DNA of 64,000 nucleotides from a virus (Duplodnaviria; Caudoviricetes): IMG/VR virus record IMGVR_UViG_3300023047_000002; one strand, 5' to 3'. Shown piece by piece: positions 31,500 to 41,244 of this stretch (position 1 is its first letter; each line of letters starts with the position of its first letter). The notes under the pieces were generated by a model. It saw only the letters and a program-made list of their open reading frames with translations, ran no database searches and was not told where the DNA came from. The position numbers and the translations under genes were made by a program.

Positions 31500-31800
31500 G
31501 AAATACCCTCTTTGTCTGTCGGCATACACCATAAGGAACGAAACAGATTGACATACCCTTGTCAGAAGCACAAGAAATCTCAGTACAGACAAACGAACCA
31601 TCATCAACAACACCATACTCTGACGAAATCTGAATATGGTAAATCTTCATCATGTCTGCTGTGTTAAAAAACGACAACGTAAGTGCATTTAACTCAAACA
31701 CACAGAAGATTTTCTTAGAGCCATCCGTAAAATGAAACACTTCGAGACGACTGCAACTGTCGGAAAGAAACTCAAAACTCTCAATAATAATCTTAAGCAT
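31492..31800 (-). CDS. Hypothetical protein
   Basis: Overlap-coupled in the operon. Confidence 0.5.
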   Translation of the reverse strand: MLKIIIESFEFLSDSCSRLEVFHFTDGSKKIFCVFELNALTLSFFNTADMMKIYHIQISSEYGVVDDGSFVCTEISCASDKGMSICFVPYGVCRQTKRVFHD

Positions 31801-32302
31801 TACAAATTCTCTTGGCTGAACGAGGTATCTTGTTACGACGTGAATTTACCGCCTTCTTGTTCGACACACACTTCCGAAACTCTTCGTAGGTGTCGATATC
31901 AAGGCCGAAAGTTTTAAACAAAGTGTCGTACTGCACATACTTGTGAAGTGCCCATTCACTGACATTCTTCAAAGTTTCCATATCATGGAAAACGTACCAA
32001 CCAACACCATGTGTGTAAATCGTTATCATTCCGTTAGATACAAACACATCAGGTTTCATCAGACATCTTGAGTCTGAAAAAAGTTTCTGAATAAGCTCCT
32101 CGGTATAAATGTCTGCCATAACAACAGAATCATCCGAGCGATAATTCTCATAACGTTCAAGACAGTCACATAAACCGTAGAAGTCTAATACGGAAAGACA
32201 CTCAAACAGCTTGATGATGTGAAACAAACACACATGCAAACTTGCATAAGAAAACATGCTGTAAACGGCACCGACAGTGACTTGTTTTTCCTTAGAACTC
32301 AT
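31793..32302 (-). CDS. Hypothetical protein
   Basis: Overlap-coupled in the operon. Confidence 0.55.
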   Translation of the reverse strand: MSSKEKQVTVGAVYSMFSYASLHVCLFHIIKLFECLSVLDFYGLCDCLERYENYRSDDSVVMADIYTEELIQKLFSDSRCLMKPDVFVSNGMITIYTHGVGWYVFHDMETLKNVSEWALHKYVQYDTLFKTFGLDIDTYEEFRKCVSNKKAVNSRRNKIPRSAKRICNA

Positions 32303-32304
32303 GC

Positions 32305-33534
32305 TTATATCTCAGGAATTTCAAAGATTGACAACGCAATTGTACCAATGTCTGCAACCAAATCACAAGAAACAACATCGCCATCAGACTCAATAACGCA
32401 AGCTGCCGTCGAACGCACAGAAAAAGGAATAACACCAGTAGGCACATCTTCAAACGTACCAACATCAACAACATCCGTAGGAGAAACGGGAACCGTAATG
32501 TCAACATGGATTCGTGATATGTCATCGTGAACTGGTATCTTAACAGCTTCATGGAGAATGTCGAACTCCTGACGTTCAGAAACAATCATCTCCTTGTGAT
32601 ACTGCATAGAGTCGGTAATCACAAGTCCATCCTCACGAACACGCTGAACACCGGTTACAAGTCCTGCATGAACGTAATGCTGCCCTTCATTGATAAGCCC
32701 TATACCTGAATGGTTAAGAGTCTCAACCCATGTTTTGTTCTTCGGTTGTGTACGTACATCACGCTCACGGAACAAATCTCCAAAAGTTTTCGAGCGAACA
32801 GATAGACCCCCAAAAGACCATCCCATGTCATGTTGTGGCATGATTCCCTTTACGTTTGACAACCTAATAGCTTCGTGAAGAACGTAATCGAATACAAGGT
32901 CACACTCATTCACAGCATCATCAGGAAAATCTGAAATGTACACACGGTCATTGTCCAGATGTTTTGTATACGGGTCTTTACAAAGCGGATCATTTGTAAT
33001 TATCGTATCGTACTGGAGAAGATCAGAGTCTTCGTGACCGTAAAACTGCGTGACAAAGAACAGAGAATATCCTGCTGGCAAAGCGTTACGGATAAGAGCG
33101 TTAGAGGATACCGGATACTTCGGGTCATAAACGGTATAAAAGTATCCGTCTTTACCAAAGACCGTTGGGTTCTGATAGTCCCTGTACACATTGAGATTCT
33201 TGTAAGAGTTCATCTCCTCCATTGTACGGTAACTGGCCTCAAGCTGTCCACCTGTACGAACAAGAGTCTGAACAGAACCGCTCGTAGAACGATTCCTGAT
33301 AATCCTTCTGTATAACTTGTAGAACTGAGGGGACGGAACCCATGTCTCTTCGAGTTCACCAACATCCATGCCGAGCATGTCCAATTTTGAACGGACAGTA
33401 TCTGCATCCATACCATAAAGCTGCAATGAATCAGTCAGTTCACGAGCATGGTCTTTTATGGACAGTCTAAACTCTTCAAGTAGAAACTCTATGATAGGCA
33501 GATGCTCTGCCAGGTATTCCGTCATTGCTCTCAT
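32305..33534 (-). CDS. Putative baseplate wedge protein (gp7/gpI-like position)
   Basis: Follows the gp6-like gene; RIIRNRSTSGSV and LPAG motifs resemble gpI-type proteins. Confidence 0.5.
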   Translation of the reverse strand: MRAMTEYLAEHLPIIEFLLEEFRLSIKDHARELTDSLQLYGMDADTVRSKLDMLGMDVGELEETWVPSPQFYKLYRRIIRNRSTSGSVQTLVRTGGQLEASYRTMEEMNSYKNLNVYRDYQNPTVFGKDGYFYTVYDPKYPVSSNALIRNALPAGYSLFFVTQFYGHEDSDLLQYDTIITNDPLCKDPYTKHLDNDRVYISDFPDDAVNECDLVFDYVLHEAIRLSNVKGIMPQHDMGWSFGGLSVRSKTFGDLFRERDVRTQPKNKTWVETLNHSGIGLINEGQHYVHAGLVTGVQRVREDGLVITDSMQYHKEMIVSERQEFDILHEAVKIPVHDDISRIHVDITVPVSPTDVVDVGTFEDVPTGVIPFSVRSTAACVIESDGDVVSCDLVADIGTIALSIFEIPEI

Positions 33535-33550
33535 AAATAAGCCACCGATT

Positions 33551-35239
33551 CTAAATGGAATATACCCACACAGTCACCTTCTGACAGAAAGGAATCAAGA
33601 AATGAGTGTCTTCATACTCCTGAGTTCCTTCCTCATATGTGTCTATCTCTTCTGAATCATAACCAAGTGTCCAATGGAGAACCGCATCGTTATAGTCAGA
33701 AAATCCGCTAACATGCTTAGGCATACAGTTCTTGACTTTGTATGCATAATCGCTTGTAAACCCGTTTAACGTCTTCTGCAGTTCCTGATTCTTTGCAGAA
33801 GGTTTATTCATCGACATTATACCCTGAAATTGAGAACCATGATACTTAAACAGCATAGCCTGGACATTCTCGATATATCCACTCACACCATGAACTGTCG
33901 ATAAAATAACCGACTGTGTTGGACCCTTGATTTCATCAGTTCCATTGTACAGATTCAATAAGGCACGCTCCGTAAGGGTTGAAATTTCATCCTCAGAAAC
34001 CTTTGCCAAATCCACATTAACCACAACAAGGATACCATAAGAATAATACCCGAAAGGAACCATCCATATCATGTCTGAGCGAGAAGATCGAGAAGCCAAA
34101 TCATGTTTAGCAAGTTCCCTAGATTTGTAAGGAAGCTCGCTAATCACGTACATACTTCGTTCAAACAAACCAAACACGCCATGATCATAATCCTGACTGT
34201 CGTATTCGTCCTGCTTGTCGTACACAAGAATACGACCACCATAACGATAGGATAAGTACAGTCGATAATCCTTCTTAGTAAGCAACGCTGTGAAATCACG
34301 TGTGTACAACGGGTAATTTCTTCGTACTGCATCAGCAGTTTCATATCCATAATAACCGCCTAGCTCATCAAGACCTGAAATCTCAACCAGATCCGAAGAA
34401 ATCACCGATGTTGTCAATGTAATCGGAAGTGGATGAGTAATGTTAGACACAGAGACAAAACGGAACGTAAACAGGACACGTGAAGACGTAATAAGATTCC
34501 TGTAATTCAAAGGAAACTCAATGTAAAGTCTCGTTGCCCCTGAAACAAAAGTCGGAACTAAAGAATAAACATTTCCCTGCAATCCCTTTGTAACAACATC
34601 AGAGACACACTCCCAGACTACCGTACCGCCAGTAGGTGTTGTACTTGTTAGTTCAACAAGCTCTCCGTCAATGTAAGGATCAGGCAGCTCAATGCGTGAA
34701 TACGCATCAATATCCGAATAACGGAATGTTACGGAACTTAGCTCGCCGCACACTAAATCAATACACTGCTCTGAAACAACCGTATTGCCGTAATAAGAAA
34801 CGACCTTTGTAAAATCTTTAACTGCAAACAAAGGCTTTGAAATACCAGGTGCGGTGAACCGGGTAAACCTTGGAAGGTCAACAGGAACAGGAACATGCTC
34901 CTGACCATCAACTATATCGCCACGTTCGTCACGCTCAGGAGTAGGCTGTATAAAAGCACGTACACGACTACCACGAGGTAGAACCATACTGTATCCCTCA
35001 CGAAGTGCATACGAATAAATACTAGACTGAAGTGTTGCCGTTGCCATATCGCATTCACGACGCCACGAATCTATGTAGTAATGCAGATGATCACCAGCCA
35101 AAGCAATGGCTTCGATGACGGCTATCAACGGATCTGCTATGTTATTAGGATTCCAATCAACAGGCACACGCTGACGAACCATCTCAATAAGTTCGCGGCG
35201 CAAAGTTGTGTAATCTCTACCCTTTAATCTGCTTGCCAT
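33551..35239 (-). CDS. Baseplate wedge protein (T4 gp6 / baseplate J-like)
   Basis: GRDYTTLRRELI...DPLIAVIE...DHLHYYID...E.DMATA...GY N-terminus; GG..YET...LLTKKDY. Confidence 0.82.
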   Translation of the reverse strand: MASRLKGRDYTTLRRELIEMVRQRVPVDWNPNNIADPLIAVIEAIALAGDHLHYYIDSWRRECDMATATLQSSIYSYALREGYSMVLPRGSRVRAFIQPTPERDERGDIVDGQEHVPVPVDLPRFTRFTAPGISKPLFAVKDFTKVVSYYGNTVVSEQCIDLVCGELSSVTFRYSDIDAYSRIELPDPYIDGELVELTSTTPTGGTVVWECVSDVVTKGLQGNVYSLVPTFVSGATRLYIEFPLNYRNLITSSRVLFTFRFVSVSNITHPLPITLTTSVISSDLVEISGLDELGGYYGYETADAVRRNYPLYTRDFTALLTKKDYRLYLSYRYGGRILVYDKQDEYDSQDYDHGVFGLFERSMYVISELPYKSRELAKHDLASRSSRSDMIWMVPFGYYSYGILVVVNVDLAKVSEDEISTLTERALLNLYNGTDEIKGPTQSVILSTVHGVSGYIENVQAMLFKYHGSQFQGIMSMNKPSAKNQELQKTLNGFTSDYAYKVKNCMPKHVSGFSDYNDAVLHWTLGYDSEEIDTYEEGTQEYEDTHFLIPFCQKVTVWVYSI

Positions 35240-35254
35240 AATAAGAGCCCACAC

Positions 35255-36646
35255 TTAAAGAACGTGATGTTCGATTTCCATAACAATGTCACCATTCTTA
35301 TCTACTGACACATCGCTGTTTTCGAAATCGAAGAGAGAAAATAAGGCATCATCCACTTTATCTGATAAACTTGAAGCCGAGGATTCACACAACTTACGAC
35401 GATACTTCTCTTCAAACGGATGCTTAAGAGCTGAGAATGAAACACGCCCCTCTTCGGGCTGATTCAGACATCGTCCATAATATGAAACACTATCCATATC
35501 GGTTATAGCAAACATGGACTCAAAGGATTCAGGATAAATACGAACGTACTGTTCAGAAATACCGTTTCGTTCAATAATGTGGCTGATACGTCTGAATAAG
35601 CTCTGTGCACCGGAAGAAACAACACCGTTTAAAAGGTCATCCAAGTCACCATAATTCGCTGTGACACCGAATAACGAACAATCAACAACATAGTTATAAC
35701 CTATGAACTGACTCATGTCTGTACGGTCATTCTCAGTAAGAACGAAACGGTCCCATCCCCAATACTCATTCACGGCGTACAAAAATAAATCACCATTCAC
35801 AATAGCGTCCTCCATATCACGAACATATCTGTTAGTGAGTTTGAACTGTGAACGACGGGTCACTTTGAACTTAGCCTTAACATCTCCATCTCTGAAACCG
35901 AACATGTATGACGCACCTGACATGTCAACAACAGCTTGATTTGCGGACTTTGAACTGACGAAAGACACTTCAATCGCCTGATTGGCAAGACACCTTACAT
36001 AAAGATAACCATCCGCTTTCTTATATGCTTTTCTAGACATCTCTTCTGACGATCCGTACTGCGTTATCTTAAAACCTTCTACATTATCACGACTGCTGTT
36101 TACCAAGTCAGCGGCTTCGAAAAATTTAGGACCGTGACCAGCACTTCCCTTACCTAGCTTGCAGTCCTTTGAATACAAGATAAGGTCACTCTTACAAAGC
36201 ACCTCAATCTGATAGGCATGACACATCTCATGCAATAGAGTCCCTTCCAGGAAAAAACGGTTTGTCCATTTACCATCAGTTATATGGATTTCCTCTACAT
36301 GAACGCTTTGTGGATGTTCACTGTAATACTGCTCCAAAGCACCCTTAATGGAGTTCACATCATCCATAATTTTCTTGTCCATCAGCTGTTTCAGAACAAA
36401 TTCTCTTGCGTCTTCTGCTGTTGCTCCACTTGTCCGAGTGACGCACTTTCCCAAGACACTCTTGGCCACGCGACCGATTTTAACTGGAACGTCAGGAATC
36501 TTACCGCCGAAAAACCGAGTATTATACTCTGAAAACCTACGCTTCAAAAACTCCGTAGTAAACCATGAAGACGCATCCGTGTCTGTAACACCATCATACA
36601 CGGAATCGTCACTTTCATACCTGTAATGCTTTTCAAATCGTATCAT
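35255..36646 (-). CDS. SprT-like zinc metalloprotease
   Basis: YNTRFFGG, TLLHEMCH (HExxH) and HGPKF motifs. Confidence 0.85.
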   Translation of the reverse strand: MIRFEKHYRYESDDSVYDGVTDTDASSWFTTEFLKRRFSEYNTRFFGGKIPDVPVKIGRVAKSVLGKCVTRTSGATAEDAREFVLKQLMDKKIMDDVNSIKGALEQYYSEHPQSVHVEEIHITDGKWTNRFFLEGTLLHEMCHAYQIEVLCKSDLILYSKDCKLGKGSAGHGPKFFEAADLVNSSRDNVEGFKITQYGSSEEMSRKAYKKADGYLYVRCLANQAIEVSFVSSKSANQAVVDMSGASYMFGFRDGDVKAKFKVTRRSQFKLTNRYVRDMEDAIVNGDLFLYAVNEYWGWDRFVLTENDRTDMSQFIGYNYVVDCSLFGVTANYGDLDDLLNGVVSSGAQSLFRRISHIIERNGISEQYVRIYPESFESMFAITDMDSVSYYGRCLNQPEEGRVSFSALKHPFEEKYRRKLCESSASSLSDKVDDALFSLFDFENSDVSVDKNGDIVMEIEHHVL

Positions 36647-36715
36647 CGCAACCCACCAATGGCAAAAGTCAGCATGACCATGTTAAACACTCTATTTTAG
36701 ATTGTCAGGTATATG

Positions 36716-36756
36716 TGGTGCTGTAACGGGAAGACGAAGTGAACTTATGATAAAGA
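36716..36756 (+). promoter_or_regulatory. TGGTGCTG-N27-extended -10 promoter
   Basis: Box at 36716-36723, TATGA-TAAAGA; the only plus-strand copy, heading the plus-strand replication block. Confidence 0.6.
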
Positions 36757-36827
36757 CACCGTAAGCAACGGATGGCTAACAACACTAAGAGGACTTGAGA
36801 GACATCTAAAACATAAAGGTAATTGAC

Positions 36828-38048
36828 ATGAAGAACAACGAAAAAACATTGATGACGTTTAAGACAACAGACATGATGCATGTTGCCGAACAAATATCCT
36901 TTGCTGAAGAAAAGAAGACAACCATCTACTTCATAAACGATGCAATTATTGAGGGAAAACCCGTCAAGTACGGTCTCGAAACAAAAACCATCTACAGATA
37001 CCTCAGAAAAAACGAAGCCCAAAAATTAGACAAAGACCTATGTTTTAGCATTAAAGCAGAAGACTTTATGTCGTTTTTTTCAGACACAAAAGATGCTTTC
37101 AGTGTATCCATAAGACACAAAGCACAAAACACTTACATGACAATGGAAAAAGAGTCCGGTGAAGTGCTGAGAAAAACACCGATTGTGTTAATAAACGACA
37201 CATACGAAATATCAGAAGCCTATGACATCATGTACGGTGAGAATAAAACCGTAGCAAGATCCCTTATGTTCAATAACAGTGTGAAACAACGTATCATCGA
37301 TACGATGAAACTAGCCCCAAAAGCATCCAGAGCAGACTCAGCCTCAGAAGCAGAAATCATTTACTGCCCATCAACAGGGTTCCTCCTGTGGACAAACAAT
37401 CACGTATGCGTGACTTCACAGAAAAAAGAACACGAATCAGGAAAAGACCTCTTCTCCGGAGATCTGTACGTCATACCGGCACGATGCCTTGAACACGTAT
37501 TGTCACATGAAGCATCCATGATAAACTTCACAAGAGAGAACGTATCGTCAATCAACTGCCTGTACACAGTAGGTGATGGATGGTTCGAGTTTGGCAAATT
37601 TTACGAAGACGCTATGAAAACGAACTACGCAAAGTGCTTTACAGAATGGGATAAGACACAAACCAACAAACTCACCCTAGACAGTAAAAGCAAAGCGAAA
37701 TTCCTGTCTTTCCTGAAATGCGTAAAAGAAACCTACACAAAAGGCTCAAACACAATAAAGCCCGTTCATTTCAGCATTGGAAACAGTCTGAAAGTGAGAG
37801 GCGGACAATCAAAGACGATTGAAGAATCCATAGAAACATCGAATACAGAACTCCTGAATAAGGAGGATACAGAATCAAAAGCAGACGCCTTTGATGAAAA
37901 ATACCTGACCAAAATCATCAAAGCACTCACGTCAAAAATTTCTCTGGAATTCCCAGAGAAAGGAATGTACGAACCTATGACATTCCGATCTGACAAACAG
38001 ACCAATGGATACACAACAATTTACCGTTTGTCACCTCTTCAAATCTAA
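36828..38048 (+). CDS. Probable sliding clamp (beta-clamp-like)
   Basis: 406 aa; YVIPARCL and C-terminal AFDEKYLTKIIKAL...PMTF...LSPLQI resemble beta-clamp features. Confidence 0.5.
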   Translation: MKNNEKTLMTFKTTDMMHVAEQISFAEEKKTTIYFINDAIIEGKPVKYGLETKTIYRYLRKNEAQKLDKDLCFSIKAEDFMSFFSDTKDAFSVSIRHKAQNTYMTMEKESGEVLRKTPIVLINDTYEISEAYDIMYGENKTVARSLMFNNSVKQRIIDTMKLAPKASRADSASEAEIIYCPSTGFLLWTNNHVCVTSQKKEHESGKDLFSGDLYVIPARCLEHVLSHEASMINFTRENVSSINCLYTVGDGWFEFGKFYEDAMKTNYAKCFTEWDKTQTNKLTLDSKSKAKFLSFLKCVKETYTKGSNTIKPVHFSIGNSLKVRGGQSKTIEESIETSNTELLNKEDTESKADAFDEKYLTKIIKALTSKISLEFPEKGMYEPMTFRSDKQTNGYTTIYRLSPLQI

Positions 38049-38067
38049 GCCAATAGGCACAGGCATC

Positions 38068-38478
38068 ATGGTTGTCAAAAATATACGATACCTCGCATAC
38101 GAGATCGACAAATGGCTCGAACAAAACTTCTGGTACGTGACCTCTGTGTACTCGTCACGAAACAGAAGGTTCGAGCTGTTTTGTGGCATGTTCGGTAGGA
38201 AATGCGATATACCTGTGTACATACTGATTGAACATGCTATGGACACATGGAGAAATAGCCGCCTGACATTACGTATTGTCCTTGTGGGTCATGACAAGAA
38301 CACAGAATATGAGCTATGCCTCTATGAAAAAGAATTTGGTATCGGAGACTGCGTTGAAAATTACGTACTCGAAAGTGTGTTGAAACTGCTAAGCATCATT
38401 CGTGACAACCCATATGATACCGAACGTACAACAAAAGAGAAAGACATCTCAGTCTTATTGGAGGACGTGTGTAAATGA
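38068..38478 (+). CDS. Hypothetical protein
   Basis: Operon member. Confidence 0.55.
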   Translation: MVVKNIRYLAYEIDKWLEQNFWYVTSVYSSRNRRFELFCGMFGRKCDIPVYILIEHAMDTWRNSRLTLRIVLVGHDKNTEYELCLYEKEFGIGDCVENYVLESVLKLLSIIRDNPYDTERTTKEKDISVLLEDVCK

Positions 38479-39116
38479 ACGACATCAAAACACAAATACC
38501 TTACCCAAGACTGTATCTCGGAGACGCCGTAAGAGGATTTCTCACTGTACTAAGAGAGAAACACCCGGAACTCATAAACAAAGTGAACAACATAGGACTT
38601 CGTGTGGAAACAGATAACGAAAATGATGATGAAACCTATGAAGACACAAAAGACCAAACTTACTGTGAAACAACCCTAAATGAGCTACAAAACATCATCA
38701 GCAGATATGATGACATTGATTTTGAACTGCGTTACCCAGTCATATTCAACTTATCGTTTATCGACAACGCAGACACAGCAGTACAGGTACAAACAAAGAT
38801 GCTTAAATTCCTTGAGGATACACACCACAAAGTCATTGTCCTGTCTTCGCAGGACATCAGAATGAGTACGTTCCTGTCGAGATTTCCTTACATTAAAAAA
38901 CATCCACGTGCTTTAAAACTTGGCAGTGCAGACCCACAAGAAGTGCGAAAAGAATTGGCAGAAGAAACTGTCGGTATGATGAAGAACTCTGACGCATACA
39001 GGACAGAAGTTTTGAAACATTCATGGAACTTGTGCAGGGTCAACACGTTATGCAATCGTGCAGATATGGGGACAGGGATGACCGACAGAATTGCGTACAT
39101 TCTTGAACATAAATAG
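38475..39116 (+). CDS. Degenerate clamp-loader-like AAA+ subunit
   Basis: IDNAD...VQTKMLKFLED...IVLSS...TFLSR resembles RFC/delta-prime boxes; no clear Walker A. Confidence 0.55.
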   Translation: MNDIKTQIPYPRLYLGDAVRGFLTVLREKHPELINKVNNIGLRVETDNENDDETYEDTKDQTYCETTLNELQNIISRYDDIDFELRYPVIFNLSFIDNADTAVQVQTKMLKFLEDTHHKVIVLSSQDIRMSTFLSRFPYIKKHPRALKLGSADPQEVRKELAEETVGMMKNSDAYRTEVLKHSWNLCRVNTLCNRADMGTGMTDRIAYILEHK

Positions 39117-39126
39117 GAGAACCATC

Positions 39127-40056
39127 GTGGGTCTTAAAATACGCCTTTACAAGCAGGACACAGAATTACTTAAACGAATAACCCAACAAAGACTTCTCAG
39201 TGACAAACTTAAAACATTGTCGAAAGAACGGTCTGTAACCTCTCAACAAAGACGTATAGAGCTGATTCAGAAAGCAAGCACAAGAACAAGAACTCGCGGA
39301 CTTCTTGATGAAACTTCCCTGGTCCGTAGAATCGTGGTTGCTCCGAAATCTCAATGGAATTTCTTCAACTTGCTGTACCCAAACTTTATCCTGACAGATG
39401 ACATAAAAAAGTACCGCCCATCTTTCAGCGGAATCATCTACACAGGAATCGTTACAGAGACAGTGATTGAAAGACTTGAGTTCATAAAAAATTACATTGT
39501 ACTCACTGAAATGTTCGACATTGAAGACAAAGAAAACTTCGTTCTGAAAAGTCATATGGGTGAAGAGAAAGTCGTTAAATTCTTCAAAATAAGAGATTAC
39601 ATCACGTGGTTCTACCCAAAAGAAAATGAAAAGAAACGAAGCAGAATCGGATACTTCCAAAAAGAGTTCTCAGAACGGATGCCTGAATTTCTTAATCTAA
39701 TGCTGAAAAGTCTTTTGCTCAAAAAAGGGCTGCCTACAAAGAAACAGATGAAAGACGTTAGTGTTTACCCACTATTCGTAAGAATCGGAGACCGTGACAC
39801 AGAAGAATTCACAAAAACACTGTTTGAGGTGATGGACTCCATGGAAGCATGGAAAGTAGAGTCATCAATAATGACATTTCTAGGACGTGTTATGGACGGA
39901 GACGTTATGGGAAATTCAGGTGGATACGGGAAGCTCGTCAGACAAGCACAAACAACGTATGGTCACAGAGTAAAGAAAGCAGTTCTCAAATACGTACAAT
40001 CAAAACAAGATGTCTTCTGGAAGCTATTGGAGCTTCACCGGTCACTGACAGAGTAG
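39127..40056 (+). CDS. Hypothetical protein (possibly clamp-loader associated)
   Basis: AGGAG RBS before GTG; context only. Confidence 0.5.
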   Translation: MGLKIRLYKQDTELLKRITQQRLLSDKLKTLSKERSVTSQQRRIELIQKASTRTRTRGLLDETSLVRRIVVAPKSQWNFFNLLYPNFILTDDIKKYRPSFSGIIYTGIVTETVIERLEFIKNYIVLTEMFDIEDKENFVLKSHMGEEKVVKFFKIRDYITWFYPKENEKKRSRIGYFQKEFSERMPEFLNLMLKSLLLKKGLPTKKQMKDVSVYPLFVRIGDRDTEEFTKTLFEVMDSMEAWKVESSIMTFLGRVMDGDVMGNSGGYGKLVRQAQTTYGHRVKKAVLKYVQSKQDVFWKLLELHRSLTE

Positions 40057-40063
40057 AAATCTT

Positions 40064-40423
40064 ATGCTGCGTACATTCTCTGAAAAATACAACAACAGAA
40101 ACTTTGTATGGGATACAGGTTCTGATGCCGTCCGTGAATACCTTGCGTATATATTGAACACACCAAAAGGTACAAGACCCTACTACCCGAATTTCGGAAG
40201 CAACCTGCACAAATTCAAATATGCACCGTTAAATCAGGTCACACTTCGAGAAATCCATGCTGAAATACGTAACTGCATTAACGCCATAGACGGCATGATT
40301 TTGCAAACGAGCGAATACACGGTTGACGTAAAGTCTCGCTCCATCTACTTCAAGTTTTACATGCTTGTTGATAAAGACATGATGACGGTATCGCTTCAAT
40401 ATGCAGGTGGTGTTGCTTCGTAA
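40064..40423 (+). CDS. Baseplate wedge gp25/GPW-like protein
   Basis: ILNTPKGTRPYYPNFGSNL signature. Confidence 0.88.
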   Translation: MLRTFSEKYNNRNFVWDTGSDAVREYLAYILNTPKGTRPYYPNFGSNLHKFKYAPLNQVTLREIHAEIRNCINAIDGMILQTSEYTVDVKSRSIYFKFYMLVDKDMMTVSLQYAGGVAS

Positions 40424-40591
40424 ACATCATCACTAGAGAAGCGAAATTTGACTTGTACGAAAAAGTTACTGTATCACCCTAGTAAGTACACCTCTGAAAC
40501 AAAAAATCGCGTAGAGAGCAAATTAAGCCCAACTTCTGAACAAGTTTCCTATTTGGTACTGACAACAAACCAAACAAACAATGAAAGATTT

Positions 40592-41227
40592 TTACGGACG
40601 AAGGTAATCATAAACTTTATAAATAGCATCAAGTACAGCCGTCTTATAAAGTTCGTAGTACAAATCTTTACCAACACGACCACGTGAATCATCACAAATG
40701 TCATCATAGGACGGCATGAGGTTATGCCTGACGTAATTACACATAATCCTCTTTTCAAACTCGGCATTCAGCTTTGAGTTTTCATCCACAGGTTCCCACT
40801 CGAAGTCGTCAAACATGGCAGCACAATGACCATGAAACTTGTTATAAGACTTAATTGCCAGATGCCTCAACTCTGTGTAAGAAAGTTCTTTTGGCGGTCG
40901 AATGCGGTTAATTCGTTCCATAACGGCATCTACTGTCTTCGCAACCTTTGTACCAACTGCCTTTTTTGCAGATCCCCTCCGTCTTTGTGCTTTCTCGAAA
41001 GCCTCTTTAAATTCACAGGTGTTTGACGCTCTTTCAACATCTTCAACATCATAAAGAGCCATCGGTGCGGCACATCTGTAATGAGGATTCTCTACCGTCT
41101 TTGCAGGAACGAGAAAACGCTTAATCAACGTATCTGTCCACCCATCTTTACGCAAAGTCACACGCGTTACATACTTCTTTTTTTGTTCAGTTACTTCTAT
41201 TTCATTGGATGTTAGACGATTCATCAC
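40592..41227 (-). CDS. Hypothetical phage protein
   Basis: GWTDTLIKRFL...NPHY..AAPM.LY; GGAG RBS. Confidence 0.7.
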   Translation of the reverse strand: MMNRLTSNEIEVTEQKKKYVTRVTLRKDGWTDTLIKRFLVPAKTVENPHYRCAAPMALYDVEDVERASNTCEFKEAFEKAQRRRGSAKKAVGTKVAKTVDAVMERINRIRPPKELSYTELRHLAIKSYNKFHGHCAAMFDDFEWEPVDENSKLNAEFEKRIMCNYVRHNLMPSYDDICDDSRGRVGKDLYYELYKTAVLDAIYKVYDYLRP

Positions 41228-41244
41228 AGTTCTCCATATTTAAT

